Shown here one piece after another: positions 52,587 to 62,733 of a stretch of DNA of 64,000 nt. The DNA lies in contig JAJRRM010000016.1 of NCBI GenBank assembly GCA_024279475.1, forward strand, positions 627 to 64,626, in the 5' to 3' direction. Position 1 is the first letter of the stretch, and each line of letters starts with the position of its first letter. Source of the DNA: Alphaproteobacteria bacterium (GTDB taxonomy: Bacteria; Pseudomonadota; Alphaproteobacteria; 16-39-46; JAJRRM01). The notes under the pieces were generated by a model. It ran no database searches and had not been told where the DNA came from. It worked only from the letters and a program-made list of their open reading frames with translations. Made by a program: the position numbers and the translations under genes.

Positions 52587-53252
52587 TTACTTAGTTTTGA
52601 TTTGTTCATTTTGACTGTTTTTCTCAAAAATATTTTCATCAGGTATTAATTTTTTTTGTGCTTGCTTTATATTATCTTTCATTTCCGTCGTCATACCTTC
52701 CCACGGACTTAGAAAATCAAATGATCTAAAATTCTGATCTAATTTCACTGGCTCATAAACAACTTTTCCTTGATGTTCATCATATCGAACTTCCGTATAG
52801 CCTGTAAGAGGAAAGTCTTTACGCAAAGGATGCCCTTTAAAGTTATAGTCTGTAAGAATTCTTCTCAAATCTGGATGCCTTTTAAAAACAATACCAAACA
52901 TATCCCATACTTCGCGTTCCCACCAATCAGCAGAATGAAAAATCTCTGTCACAGTTGGTATCGGATCTTTTTCATCTGTATGAACAACTACACGCACACG
53001 ATGATTATGCTTTAAGCTCAACAAATGATACACAATTTCAAAGCGTATTTCCCGATTTGGATAATCTACACCACAAATATCCATAAGCTGTTTGCATGAA
53101 CATTTTTTATTGTCTCGTAAAAACACCAGCACCTTAGGCAACATTTGACAGGTAGTATAAAGCGTTAGCTCTTTATTTTTTATATGCCAATCTTGCACGG
53201 CTTCTAACAAGGAAGAACTTATATAATCACCTAAGGCAATAAGATTAGGCAC
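52587..53252 (-). CDS. nuoC: NADH-quinone oxidoreductase subunit C
   Basis: 221 aa with motifs [12 protein letters not shown] and RKDFPLTGY. Confidence 0.9.
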   Translation of the reverse strand: MPNLIALGDYISSSLLEAVQDWHIKNKELTLYTTCQMLPKVLVFLRDNKKCSCKQLMDICGVDYPNREIRFEIVYHLLSLKHNHRVRVVVHTDEKDPIPTVTEIFHSADWWEREVWDMFGIVFKRHPDLRRILTDYNFKGHPLRKDFPLTGYTEVRYDEHQGKVVYEPVKLDQNFRSFDFLSPWEGMTTEMKDNIKQAQKKLIPDENIFEKNSQNEQIKTK

Positions 53253-53842
53253 TATTTACTCCCTTTAAAAATTTTATTATTTTTCCATAAGGATTGAATT
53301 TTTCCTATACGCTTACGCGTAAAACCACTTTGTCTCTGGATTTTTCGCTGAAGTTGCAATACACCATATAACAAAGCCTCTGCTGTTGGTGGACATCCGG
53401 GTACATAAACATCTACAGGTACAATACGATCACAGCCTCTCACAACAGAATAGGAATAATGATAATATCCCCCCCCATTAGCACAGGAACCCATAGAAAT
53501 TACCCATCTAGGCTCTGCCATTTGATCATATACTTTTCGTAGAGCTGGCGCCATTTTATTACATAGTGTTCCAGCGACAATCATTACATCTGACTGCCTT
53601 GGACTTGGGCGAAAAACAACGCCAAATCTATCTAAATCATATCTACTAGCTGCTGTATGCATCATCTCTACAGCACAGCAAGCAAGACCAAAGGTCATTG
53701 GCCACAAAGAACTACTTTGAGCCCAACCTGCCAATTGATCTAGTTTCGCTACAAAAAACCCTCGATCCTGAACTTCATCAGAAAAATATGCCATTAATTT
53801 TTCTGGTGATAAGGAAGCGGGGTCAATAATTTTATCAGACAT
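53252..53842 (-). CDS. nuoB: NADH-quinone oxidoreductase subunit B
   Basis: 196 aa with motifs [24 protein letters not shown] and [11 protein letters not shown]. Confidence 0.95.
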   Translation of the reverse strand: MSDKIIDPASLSPEKLMAYFSDEVQDRGFFVAKLDQLAGWAQSSSLWPMTFGLACCAVEMMHTAASRYDLDRFGVVFRPSPRQSDVMIVAGTLCNKMAPALRKVYDQMAEPRWVISMGSCANGGGYYHYSYSVVRGCDRIVPVDVYVPGCPPTAEALLYGVLQLQRKIQRQSGFTRKRIGKIQSLWKNNKIFKGSK

Positions 53843-53863
53843 ATTTCTGCGCCACTATTATGA

Positions 53864-54238
53864 TTATTCCCAGTCTAGAGCTCCCTTTTTCCACTCATAA
53901 ACAAAACCTATGATTAGAACACTTAAGAAAAAAAGCATAGACACTAAACCATACAGCTCCATTCCTTTAAAAGCAACGGCCCATGGAAGTAAAAAGGCAA
54001 TTTCTAAATCAAAAATAACAAATAAAATAGCTACAAGGTAAAAGCGTATATCAAAGCGCTGTCTTGTATCAGACATAGGAGAAAAACCACATTCATAGGC
54101 AGATGTTTTTGCAGCATAAGAATTTCTTTTTGCACGAAGAAAAGCCAGTGTCACAGGTACCACAGACACAAACGCTGCGACCCCCATAAATAAAAGGATT
54201 GGAAAATAATTTTCAAGAAATTCGTTTGGTGCGTGCAT
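53864..54238 (-). CDS. nuoA: NADH-quinone oxidoreductase subunit A
   Basis: 124 aa with three TM helices and motif YECGF. It is the first gene of the operon. Confidence 0.9.
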   Translation of the reverse strand: MHAPNEFLENYFPILLFMGVAAFVSVVPVTLAFLRAKRNSYAAKTSAYECGFSPMSDTRQRFDIRFYLVAILFVIFDLEIAFLLPWAVAFKGMELYGLVSMLFFLSVLIIGFVYEWKKGALDWE

Positions 54239-54325
54239 AAGTATTCTTCATCTAGGGAAACTATAGCACACTCCTATTTCTCCATGAAGAGGTTAAATAC
54301 GATTATGCCTATTTGTTAGTCAGTT

Positions 54326-55498
54326 TTAAGTGATTGATTTGCTTTTGTAAAGAAGCAACCATATATAAGAAACAATGCAAATACCATTCATATAAAGCAT
54401 TAATAAAGGAAATATCTGCGCTCCCCTTTCATCCATACCTATACCCAAAAAGAACGCACCTATTAGCTCAGCCACAGTAGACACTATTAAAAATCCAGCC
54501 AAAGCACCTGCAAGTTTCATGCCTTTATATATACGGGCCATAATAACCATAGCCCCCATATACATACTTAAAACAGCTCCTCCTAAGAAAAAGAAAACCA
54601 TCCAAGACCCATAAATAATTGGACCTTCTATATATATGATAATGTAGGAGGTAAAAATAATAATCATTAACCCTAAAACCACCTTATAGTGACCATATTT
54701 ATCAATAAGAATGCCAACAAGCCCACATAGAAAAACACCTCCCATAAGAAGAATTGTGTTCATCAGCATAATATTTCCCTCTTTGAGTCCCATCTGGTCA
54801 GCATAAAGAGAAAAGCTTTCTTCAAATGCCGTTTGATTAAAACTTTGCATAAATGCCATAATAATAATAATAGGAATTCCTACTAAGCGCTTTGCCTGAA
54901 TAACATTTATAGGATCTCGAAAATGAACAAAATTACACCTACTAAACAATAAAGGAATCATACATATAACCATAGCAAGAACTACTATTGTAGCCATTGT
55001 CTCCAATTTATATGGTAGAATACTTAGAAGCAAGGGAGACAACCCCTCTGCTCCAAAAAAACTAGCTGCAAAAAAACCAATCATGGCACCTCGGTGATTT
55101 TTTTCAGCCAATATATTGACTAATGTAGCGCCTACAATAAATATTAGAGCCTCTCCCACTCCCATAAAAAATTTAAAAGCAAATATCCAAGGAGAGTCAC
55201 CCATAAAAGGGATAATAATAAGTACACCTCCTATAAGCAACAAACCCATAATAACCAAAAGATCATGCTTAAAGTGCTTTAGAAGCCATGGAATAAAAGG
55301 CGCCATAAACAAAAAACCTATAGCCTCTATAAAAGCGAGAATATTGATATACCAATCATCAAAACGAAAATTTTTCAAAAGTTCTTCAAGTAATGGATTA
55401 GTTAACCCTATGCAAAATCCAGCTCCTATCATAGAAAGAATAATATGAGTAATATGTCGCTGAGCTGTGACCGATTTCATAGTAAGTTTTTCACCCAT
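54326..55498 (-). CDS. MFS-type transporter (substrate unknown)
   Basis: 390 aa with about 12 hydrophobic segments and an MFS-like loop after TM2-3 region. No specific subfamily recognised. Confidence 0.65.
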   Translation of the reverse strand: MGEKLTMKSVTAQRHITHIILSMIGAGFCIGLTNPLLEELLKNFRFDDWYINILAFIEAIGFLFMAPFIPWLLKHFKHDLLVIMGLLLIGGVLIIIPFMGDSPWIFAFKFFMGVGEALIFIVGATLVNILAEKNHRGAMIGFFAASFFGAEGLSPLLLSILPYKLETMATIVVLAMVICMIPLLFSRCNFVHFRDPINVIQAKRLVGIPIIIIMAFMQSFNQTAFEESFSLYADQMGLKEGNIMLMNTILLMGGVFLCGLVGILIDKYGHYKVVLGLMIIIFTSYIIIYIEGPIIYGSWMVFFFLGGAVLSMYMGAMVIMARIYKGMKLAGALAGFLIVSTVAELIGAFFLGIGMDERGAQIFPLLMLYMNGICIVSYIWLLLYKSKSIT

Positions 55499-55586
55499 TA
55501 TAATGCCACTGTATTTCCATCAACTTACAAAAAGACAGAGGAAAAACCTCTGCCCTTTCACGTACACAAAAAAATTAATTAAAGGA

Positions 55587-56465
55587 TTACTTGCTCCAGC
55601 TTATCCATACTTTAGACATAAAAGCCAGAGTCCAAAGCCACATAGCAAACATAATAGCCACGTCTGCAACCTTCTCCACTAAATAAGAAACGTATAAAAT
55701 TTCTTCTGACAAAAAGTAGTTCACAAACACAAAAACATAATTCACGACAGTACTTGAAAAGGTTCCAAGAAGATGTATTACAATTAAAGCAAACATCACC
55801 ATAAACAAACTCCAATAATGTCCCTTTGTAGCTCTCCAACTTGCGCGAAAGCTATCAAAACCAAACCCCGCAGCTATACATAAAGAGACAAACATAAAGC
55901 GAAACAAAACATAGAAAGAAAAAACAGATGCTGAAATGCCTAAGATGCCCACAAATTCTCTCATTGGAGTTCCACCCAAAATTCGTCCGCTAGCAATAAT
56001 CATTCCAGACACAGAAATTGCTAAAACAGCCAAAAAAGAAAATAGACACATCCAAACCCATACACCTAGAGGTTTTACCATATCACAATAACCTGAAAAC
56101 AAACTAACTGGCTTTTCTTTTTTCAAGAAAAAACGATAGGATAGAACAGCAAATACCGCTAAAATGTACGAGCTTAAAAGAGAAACTATGCCAGTAGATC
56201 CTATATTAAAGCTGAAATTACTAAGACTATCTTTGACTATACCTGCCATATGAGAAGGCCCTTCTACCGTTGACTTATGGAGAAGTTGACTAAAGGTAAC
56301 CTGATCACCTACTAGTAGTACTGGTACTACTATATGTATAATATAGATAATAAATGCTGAGAAAAATGACAGCCAGAATAACTCATTACGATAAGCCCAA
56401 ACAGCATGTAGAGACTCACCCAAACATGGTAGAACTCTATGGTTCTCTTTAGATTTAGTAAACAT
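55587..56465 (-). CDS. Hypothetical polytopic membrane protein, paralog A
   Basis: 292 aa with multiple TM segments. It shares the blocks YRFFLKKEKPVSLFSGY, VKPLGVWVW and RASWRATKGHYWSLF with ORF 57473-58348. Confidence 0.7.
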   Translation of the reverse strand: MFTKSKENHRVLPCLGESLHAVWAYRNELFWLSFFSAFIIYIIHIVVPVLLVGDQVTFSQLLHKSTVEGPSHMAGIVKDSLSNFSFNIGSTGIVSLLSSYILAVFAVLSYRFFLKKEKPVSLFSGYCDMVKPLGVWVWMCLFSFLAVLAISVSGMIIASGRILGGTPMREFVGILGISASVFSFYVLFRFMFVSLCIAAGFGFDSFRASWRATKGHYWSLFMVMFALIVIHLLGTFSSTVVNYVFVFVNYFLSEEILYVSYLVEKVADVAIMFAMWLWTLAFMSKVWISWSK

Positions 56466-56471
56466 AATACT

Positions 56472-56479
56472 CCCCCCCC
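56472..56479. repeat. Homopolymer C8 (G8 on the coding strand), 6 nt upstream of the paralog A start codon
   Basis: The plus strand reads TCCCCCCCCT at 56471-56480. On the minus strand this is AAGGGGGGGGAGTATTATG, so the tract doubles as the SD region. Confidence 0.9.
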
Positions 56480-56787
56480 TTGTTATTGTTTTATTCCATT
56501 GTAAGTGTATTTACTATATATTGGCAAGAAAGTTTTTTACTTTTTCTTTAATAAACATGCTGTCTATAAGTTTTTATTCTCTTTTTCTTTAAAATTCTCT
56601 TTCATCTCTAAAATTTTATACTCTACAAAACCTTGAAGATGGCTTAATATAGTTTTAGTTAGCACCACTGTCACTGGTAGGTTCTCCTATGTTTTAAGAA
56701 AGCTCCGTACCTTAAGACTTTAGCTTCATGCCTCCTTCAAAAAAATCTCTCACAAATGCCTGTGCTCTTCGATCTTCTATCACATCA

Positions 56788-57045
56788 TAAGGGATATTCC
56801 ATTTCTAGCATGCTAAAATTATGACTTACCTCTTTTTCTCTTGCTCTAAAATACACACTGGAGCTAGTTCTCTGATCCGACTCTACTTCTTGCACAGCTT
56901 CTGCATCATGGCCTTCAGATTTAAGAAAACTGTTACCTTTCCCCTCTCCATCGGCAATGTTATTAGCAACCCCTTCAATGAAGGCATCCTTTAGATATCC
57001 TTCTACTCTTCTAAATTTCCCTGATCTCCTACTAATTAAAAATAC
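56788..57045 (-). pseudogene. Start-less 86-codon open frame; putative decayed gene fragment of unknown family
   Basis: Hand translation of the minus strand gives VFLISRRSGKFRRVEGYLKDAFIEGVANNIADGEGKGNSFLKSEGHDAEAVQEVESDQRTSSSVYFRAREKEVSHNFSMLEMEYPL*. An adjacent shifted frame gives KWNIPYDVIEDRRAQAFVRDFFEGGMKLKS*. There is no usable start codon and no family I recognise. Confidence 0.3.
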
Positions 57046-57472
57046 TCACAGGATTGACTATAATTACTAACTTGAAACAAGAATCTTTCATAAGCTCCTA
57101 TATCCTTGCATTTTTCAATGGCAATAAATATTCAGATGTTTTTATTCCATGTTCTCAAACAAGTAAAAAATCAGAATAGAAGTATTCATGTAAGTCATTG
57201 AAAATTAATGATAAACAATCAGATTGAGTTGATATAATACTTTGTTATAGGTATAGCAGCTAAAATAGAAGCAGAATTAACGAACATTCATAGGAATACA
57301 GCGAGTGTGTTTTTCTATAAATTGCAAAAAAATAAGGTTACCCCTTAAACAGAAAAAATTGTAACAAACAATTTTCTAGTAAAATAGAGCTGGATAAAAA
57401 CTCCTTTGGAAGTACACGTATTAGCGCACTTTTTTAAAGAAAAAGGCTTCATAAAATTATTAAATTAAAATA

Positions 57473-58348
57473 CTATTTATTCCAGATTTCCCATATTCTA
57501 GCTACAAAAGATATTCCCCAAAACCAAATAATAAAGTTTTTAGCCAAGTCTAAAATTATGGAAAAACCATATAAAGCATACGCGAATTCACCTGACAAGA
57601 AGTAATCAAAAAACCCAAAAATATAACTTATAGAATAACCTATAATGCTCCTTATTATTTCCATTAGGAAGAAAGAAAAAAGAACTAAAAACAAACCCCA
57701 GTAATGCCTCTTTGTCTCTACCCAACTTTTACGAAAACAACTAAAACCAGATCCTATTGATACATATAGGGTAACAAACATAAGGCGCAATAAGATATAA
57801 AAGAGGAAAATAGATACTAAAATGCTTATTATAAATACAATATCTATGAAGTCTACCATTTGCCAATTTGTCAAATATTGCAGTCTATAAATGCCTATTA
57901 TAACCGGCGAAATCGCCCCTATTAATAAAAAAAATACTAAACAACTCCATACCCCAACACCTAGAGGTTTTAGTGTATCAAAATAACCTGAAAATAAACT
58001 AATAGGTCGCTCTTTTCTCAGAAAAAAACGGTAAGCTAGAACAACAACTGCCGACATAATATAAGTCGTAAAAATAAAAGCTGCACCTGCATATACCATA
58101 ATGCTAAAAATACCTTTTTCCCTCACATTTTCTATACTAAAATATGACGTTATCTGTGCGCCTTGAATAAGCTGCTGAAAAGTAAAGAGGTCACCATCAC
58201 CATCTAGTAGCAACAACTTTATTATTATTATAGTACAGCTAAGAAGTACTGGTAACGCTGCTAACCTAGAAAGCTCTTTTCGATGCGTCCAAATAGCTTT
58301 CAAAGATGCACCTAAATGCGGTAAAATTCTGCGATTGTCTGTAAGCAT
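57473..58348 (-). CDS. Hypothetical polytopic membrane protein, paralog B
   Basis: 291 aa, collinear with paralog A. Shared blocks are YRFFLRKERPISLFSGY, LKPLGVGVW and RKSWVETKRHYWGLF. Confidence 0.7.
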   Translation of the reverse strand: MLTDNRRILPHLGASLKAIWTHRKELSRLAALPVLLSCTIIIIKLLLLDGDGDLFTFQQLIQGAQITSYFSIENVREKGIFSIMVYAGAAFIFTTYIMSAVVVLAYRFFLRKERPISLFSGYFDTLKPLGVGVWSCLVFFLLIGAISPVIIGIYRLQYLTNWQMVDFIDIVFIISILVSIFLFYILLRLMFVTLYVSIGSGFSCFRKSWVETKRHYWGLFLVLFSFFLMEIIRSIIGYSISYIFGFFDYFLSGEFAYALYGFSIILDLAKNFIIWFWGISFVARIWEIWNK

Positions 58349-58557
58349 ATTATCTAGTCCTTTACTTCCTTTTACTATTATCCTATGGCCTCTTTACTAT
58401 TATTGTCAATACATTCTACTATTGTTTGTTGCAGAAAATATTGTTTTTTCTACAAATTACCTCACCTTTGAATTCTATTTTTTATACACTTGAAATATAG
58501 TTTTAAGAATTCATCTTTCTCCTTTCTTTTGCACTCCTATTTTTATAGTATAAGCTC

Positions 58558-61500
58558 ATGACTCAAAATATTCTTTCATCACCTGCTTTTGTTCATTTAC
58601 ATGTACACTCTGCTTACTCTCTCTTAGAGGGTGCTCTTACATTGAAAGACCTTCTGAAAATTAGCAAAAAAAATAACATGCCTGCCATAGCGCTAACAGA
58701 TACTAATAATCTTTTTGGCGCTCTAGAGTACTCTCTCCTTTTTTCAGAATCTGGCATTCAACCAATTATCGGTACACAAATCCTCCTAAAAAACCCTTAT
58801 GAAAAAGAAGAAAACAAAAAAGAAACTGACCTGTACCAACCTATTGTTCTCTTAGTGCAATCTGAAATTGGATATAAAAACCTACTCAAAATTAGTTCTG
58901 AATCTTATACTTTATCCTTAGACAAAGAACCTCCTCATATTACGCTAGAACAACTATCTAGCTACAATAATGGACTTATTTGTTTATCTGGCGGATTTAA
59001 TGGTCCTATATCCTATCTTATAAAAAAAGATAGAAAAGAAAGAGCTCTGAAAATAACTCAACAACTTAGCTCTATTTTTAAATCTCGTTTTTATTTAGAA
59101 ATCATGCGCCACGGGTGTGCTGAAGAAAAATCTGTTGAAAAAGCTACACTAACACTTGCAGAAAATCTACAGCTACCAATTGTTGCTACTAATGACGTTT
59201 ACTTCTCCAACCCTACTGTATACAAAGCTCATGATGCGTTAATTTGTGTCTCTGAAGGCACCTACATCGCCGTAGATGACCGCCGACGTCTCACACCAGA
59301 GCATTATTTTAAAACATCTGATCAAATGATAGAACTCTTTCATGACTTGCCTGAAGCTATTGCCAATACAGTTTTAATTGCTAAACGCTGCTACTATTTT
59401 CCAAAAACTCACAACCCTATCTTACCTCCTTTTACTGCAGTATCTGGCTTAAGCGAGGAAGAAGAAATCCATTTGCAGGCTTATGAAGGCCTAGAAATGC
59501 GGCTTAAAGAATACGTTTTTACAGCTGATATGAATTCTGCAGAAAAAAAAGAAAAGAAAAAAAAATACAAAGACCGACTAGATTATGAAATAAGCGTTAT
59601 TATGAAAATGGGCTTTGCCGGCTATTTCTTGATTGTCTCTGACTTCATCAAGTGGGCAAAAAATAATAATATTCCTGTGGGACCTGGCCGTGGCTCTGGT
59701 GCTAGTTCTGTAACAGCTTGGTCTCTACAAATTACTGATATTGATCCTTTGTGCTTTGATCTCATTTTTGAGCGATTCTTAAACCCTGAGCGTATATCTA
59801 TGCCCGATTTCGACATTGATTTCTGTCAAGAAAAACGTGATGAAGTTATTAACTATGTACGTGACAAATATGGAAAAGACCGCGTAGCACAAATTATTAC
59901 TTACGGAAAATTACAGGCAAGAGCTGTTCTGAGAGATGTTGGTCGTGTACTGCAAATACCCTATAACCAAGTAGATCGTATTTGCAAACTAATACCAAAT
60001 AACCCTGCAAATCCCGTTACACTTGCTGAAGCCTTAAAAGTTGAACCAAAGCTTGCTTTAGAACGCAAGAACGATGAAATGGTCGCTGAACTTATTGAAA
60101 TAAGTCTCGAACTTGAAGGGCTTTATCGCCATGCATCTACCCATGCTGCTGGTATTGTAATAGGTGACCGTCCTTTGCATGAACTTGTACCTATGTACCG
60201 TGACCCCAAATCACCTATGTTAGTAACGCAATTCAACATGAAACTAGCAGAAAAAGCTGGCTTAGTAAAATTCGATTTCTTAGGGCTAAAGACACTAACA
60301 GTCATTGAAAAGGCTGCAAATTTAGTACGCCAAGAGATAAAATCTGATTTCACAATAACTAAAATATCTCTTGAAGATGAGCCTACATTTGAGCTTCTAC
60401 GCCGTGTAGAAACAGTAGGTATATTCCAACTAGAAAGTGTTGGCATGAGTGATGTTGTACGACAATTGCAACCTAAGCAATTTAATGAACTAATTGCCTT
60501 AGTCGCTCTCTATAGGCCTGGCCCCATGGATGACATTCCACGTTATATAGCCTGCAAGCATGGCCGTGAACCCGTTACATATATGCACCCTTCTATTGAA
60601 CCCGTTTTGAAAGAATCTTTTGGTGTAATGGTCTATCAGGAGCAAGTCATGTGGATTGCTCAAGAACTTGCTGGCTACAGTCTCGGTGATGCAGATTTAT
60701 TACGTCGTGCCATGGGGAAAAAAATAAAAAGCGAGATGGATCTTCAACGCAAAATCTTCATAGATGGAGCAAAAAAAAATGGCATAGAAGAAAGTCTTGC
60801 TGAAGATATTTTTAATAAAATTTCCAAGTTTGCCAGTTATGCTTTTCCAAAAGCACATGCCACACCTTATGCTCTACTTTCTTATCAAACAGCCTACTTA
60901 AAAGCAAACTATCCTCTTCAATTTTTTTCTGCTTCTATGACGCTAGATATGCATAATACAGAAAAAATAAATATTTTACGCCAAGATATGGATAGACTAA
61001 AACTAGCTCTATTAGCTCCTGACATTAATGCTTCGAAGCCTTTCTTTTGTGTAGAGGGGAAAGCTGTACGCTATGCTCTTTCTGCTCTAAAAGGCGTTGG
61101 CGAAGCAGCCATGAATGAGGTTATTTCTGAACGCACAACCAATGGACTTTATGAATCTATCTGGGATTTTACTTCCAGGCTTTCTAATAGGGTTGTTAAC
61201 AAACGCCAACTAGAATCTTTAATTTCAGCTGGAGCTTTTGACACCTTACACTCTAACCGCCGTTCTCTCTTTAAAAATGTCGATATTCTTTTAAATTATG
61301 GAGCAGCAGCACGGAGGCAAGCGGCCTCTTCTCAAAGTAATTTATTTGGTGAGGAAGATTTGCCATCTCATCCAGATCTGCCATATTCAACACCCTGGTC
61401 TTTGTTAGAAAAACTTGAAAAAGAATTTATATCCTTGGGTCTATATCTTTCTGCACATCCACTAGATGCTTATAATATTGCTCTACCTCATATTAAGCAC

Positions 61501-62001
61501 CGAAAATATGCAGATGTCCTTAAAAAACTGCTGGAAAACCAGGAAGAAACTATTGTATCTATGGTTGGCGTTATTATTGGACGAGATGATAAAATTTCCC
61601 GCAAAGGTAATAGTTTTTCCTTCATCCAAATATCTGATCAAACAGGTGTTTTCGATGCCACTGCTTTTTCTAATGTATTGCGCAATAACAGCGATATATT
61701 AACACCTGGAAAAGCTGTCTTCTTAGAGGTGGAAGTACGCTGGGATAATGAGTCCCCTCGCTTTAGCATTTCTTCTGCTCAAGACCTAGAAGCACTTTGT
61801 AAAAAAACCCTTAAAAATATGGCCTTTGATATTTCATCTTCAAAATCTCTAAAAAAATGGAAGCAGAAATTAGAAAAATGTGAAAAAGATGGAATGAACA
61901 TTATCTTCACTCTACCAGTACCTGTCGAAGATGATATTGTAAAAGAATTTGAAGTTTCTATCTCCCCCCCTGGGGGTTATCGCTTGAAAGAATATGGATA
62001 A
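58558..62001 (+). CDS. dnaE: DNA polymerase III alpha subunit
   Basis: 1147 aa with the PHP domain FVHLHVHSAYSLLEGA, plus VGPGRGSGASSV and MPDFDIDFC. Confidence 0.95.
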   Translation: MTQNILSSPAFVHLHVHSAYSLLEGALTLKDLLKISKKNNMPAIALTDTNNLFGALEYSLLFSESGIQPIIGTQILLKNPYEKEENKKETDLYQPIVLLVQSEIGYKNLLKISSESYTLSLDKEPPHITLEQLSSYNNGLICLSGGFNGPISYLIKKDRKERALKITQQLSSIFKSRFYLEIMRHGCAEEKSVEKATLTLAENLQLPIVATNDVYFSNPTVYKAHDALICVSEGTYIAVDDRRRLTPEHYFKTSDQMIELFHDLPEAIANTVLIAKRCYYFPKTHNPILPPFTAVSGLSEEEEIHLQAYEGLEMRLKEYVFTADMNSAEKKEKKKKYKDRLDYEISVIMKMGFAGYFLIVSDFIKWAKNNNIPVGPGRGSGASSVTAWSLQITDIDPLCFDLIFERFLNPERISMPDFDIDFCQEKRDEVINYVRDKYGKDRVAQIITYGKLQARAVLRDVGRVLQIPYNQVDRICKLIPNNPANPVTLAEALKVEPKLALERKNDEMVAELIEISLELEGLYRHASTHAAGIVIGDRPLHELVPMYRDPKSPMLVTQFNMKLAEKAGLVKFDFLGLKTLTVIEKAANLVRQEIKSDFTITKISLEDEPTFELLRRVETVGIFQLESVGMSDVVRQLQPKQFNELIALVALYRPGPMDDIPRYIACKHGREPVTYMHPSIEPVLKESFGVMVYQEQVMWIAQELAGYSLGDADLLRRAMGKKIKSEMDLQRKIFIDGAKKNGIEESLAEDIFNKISKFASYAFPKAHATPYALLSYQTAYLKANYPLQFFSASMTLDMHNTEKINILRQDMDRLKLALLAPDINASKPFFCVEGKAVRYALSALKGVGEAAMNEVISERTTNGLYESIWDFTSRLSNRVVNKRQLESLISAGAFDTLHSNRRSLFKNVDILLNYGAAARRQAASSQSNLFGEEDLPSHPDLPYSTPWSLLEKLEKEFISLGLYLSAHPLDAYNIALPHIKHRKYADVLKKLLENQEETIVSMVGVIIGRDDKISRKGNSFSFIQISDQTGVFDATAFSNVLRNNSDILTPGKAVFLEVEVRWDNESPRFSISSAQDLEALCKKTLKNMAFDISSSKSLKKWKQKLEKCEKDGMNIIFTLPVPVEDDIVKEFEVSISPPGGYRLKEYG

Positions 62002-62005
62002 AAAA

Positions 62006-62695
62006 TTACGGTAAATATTTTTTTGGATCTACAACCTCATTCTTATTTCTAATGCCAATATAGATTTGTGGAAGATTAGCCATTCCTTTTGACCCCACAT
62101 AACCAATTGTATTTTTCGGAGAAATACTATCCCCTTCTTTTACTAAAATATTAACTAAGTTCCCATAAAGGCTTAAATATTTATCTTCATGCAAAATAAT
62201 GACAAGATTCCCATAATCCATTAGCATGGATCCCGCATAAATAACCCTTCCTCTAGAAATAGGCTCTACAGAGGCTCCCTCTGGTGCTAGCAAAAAAAGT
62301 CCTTCTTTTTCTTTAGAAAAACCTTCTAATATATGACCTTTTATTGGCCACTGTTTTTTCTGTTTTTTTTCCATAAAATATGTTTTTAAAGGATTTGGAA
62401 TAACATTCTTCTTCCATAAACGATCAATAAACACGCCTAAAAGTGATTTTCTTTTCTTTGGTTTTTTTTCTGCTAGTACTATTAATTGTGTCTCTCCCTT
62501 ATAGCTAATTTTGGGGGTTTTTATTTCTTTCCTCTGAAATACTGGTCGTTTCTTTATAATAGGCATAAAGTTTTCCTCTACTGCCAACGACTCTTGACGT
62601 TGAAAGATAATAGATACAAAATAAGCGCACAATATAATTGTGCAAAATGTATGCTGCAAACCGTAAGATTTTTTCTGATAAGACATAAAACACAA
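62006..62695 (-). CDS. LytM-domain (peptidase M23) protein with degenerate active site, NlpD/EnvC-like
   Basis: 229 aa with an N-terminal hydrophobic anchor. The C-terminus aligns by eye to E. coli NlpD: WPIKGHILEGF...RGRVIYAGSMLMDYGNLVIILHEDKYLSLYGN...GYVGSKG...QIYIGIRNKNEVVDPKKYLP. The HxxxD and HxH zinc ligands are replaced. Confidence 0.75.
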   Translation of the reverse strand: MCFMSYQKKSYGLQHTFCTIILCAYFVSIIFQRQESLAVEENFMPIIKKRPVFQRKEIKTPKISYKGETQLIVLAEKKPKKRKSLLGVFIDRLWKKNVIPNPLKTYFMEKKQKKQWPIKGHILEGFSKEKEGLFLLAPEGASVEPISRGRVIYAGSMLMDYGNLVIILHEDKYLSLYGNLVNILVKEGDSISPKNTIGYVGSKGMANLPQIYIGIRNKNEVVDPKKYLP

Positions 62696-62733
62696 CTCTT
62701 TTTCTACCAGTAACTTAACCTATGGAGCTCCTC

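Noticed and set aside
61961-61980. C7-T-G5 near-palindrome at the dnaE 3' end, considered as a terminator or slippage site
   Set aside because: It lies inside the coding sequence (ISPPGGY). The arms abut with a single-nucleotide loop, so no stable hairpin can form, and the reading frame is intact.
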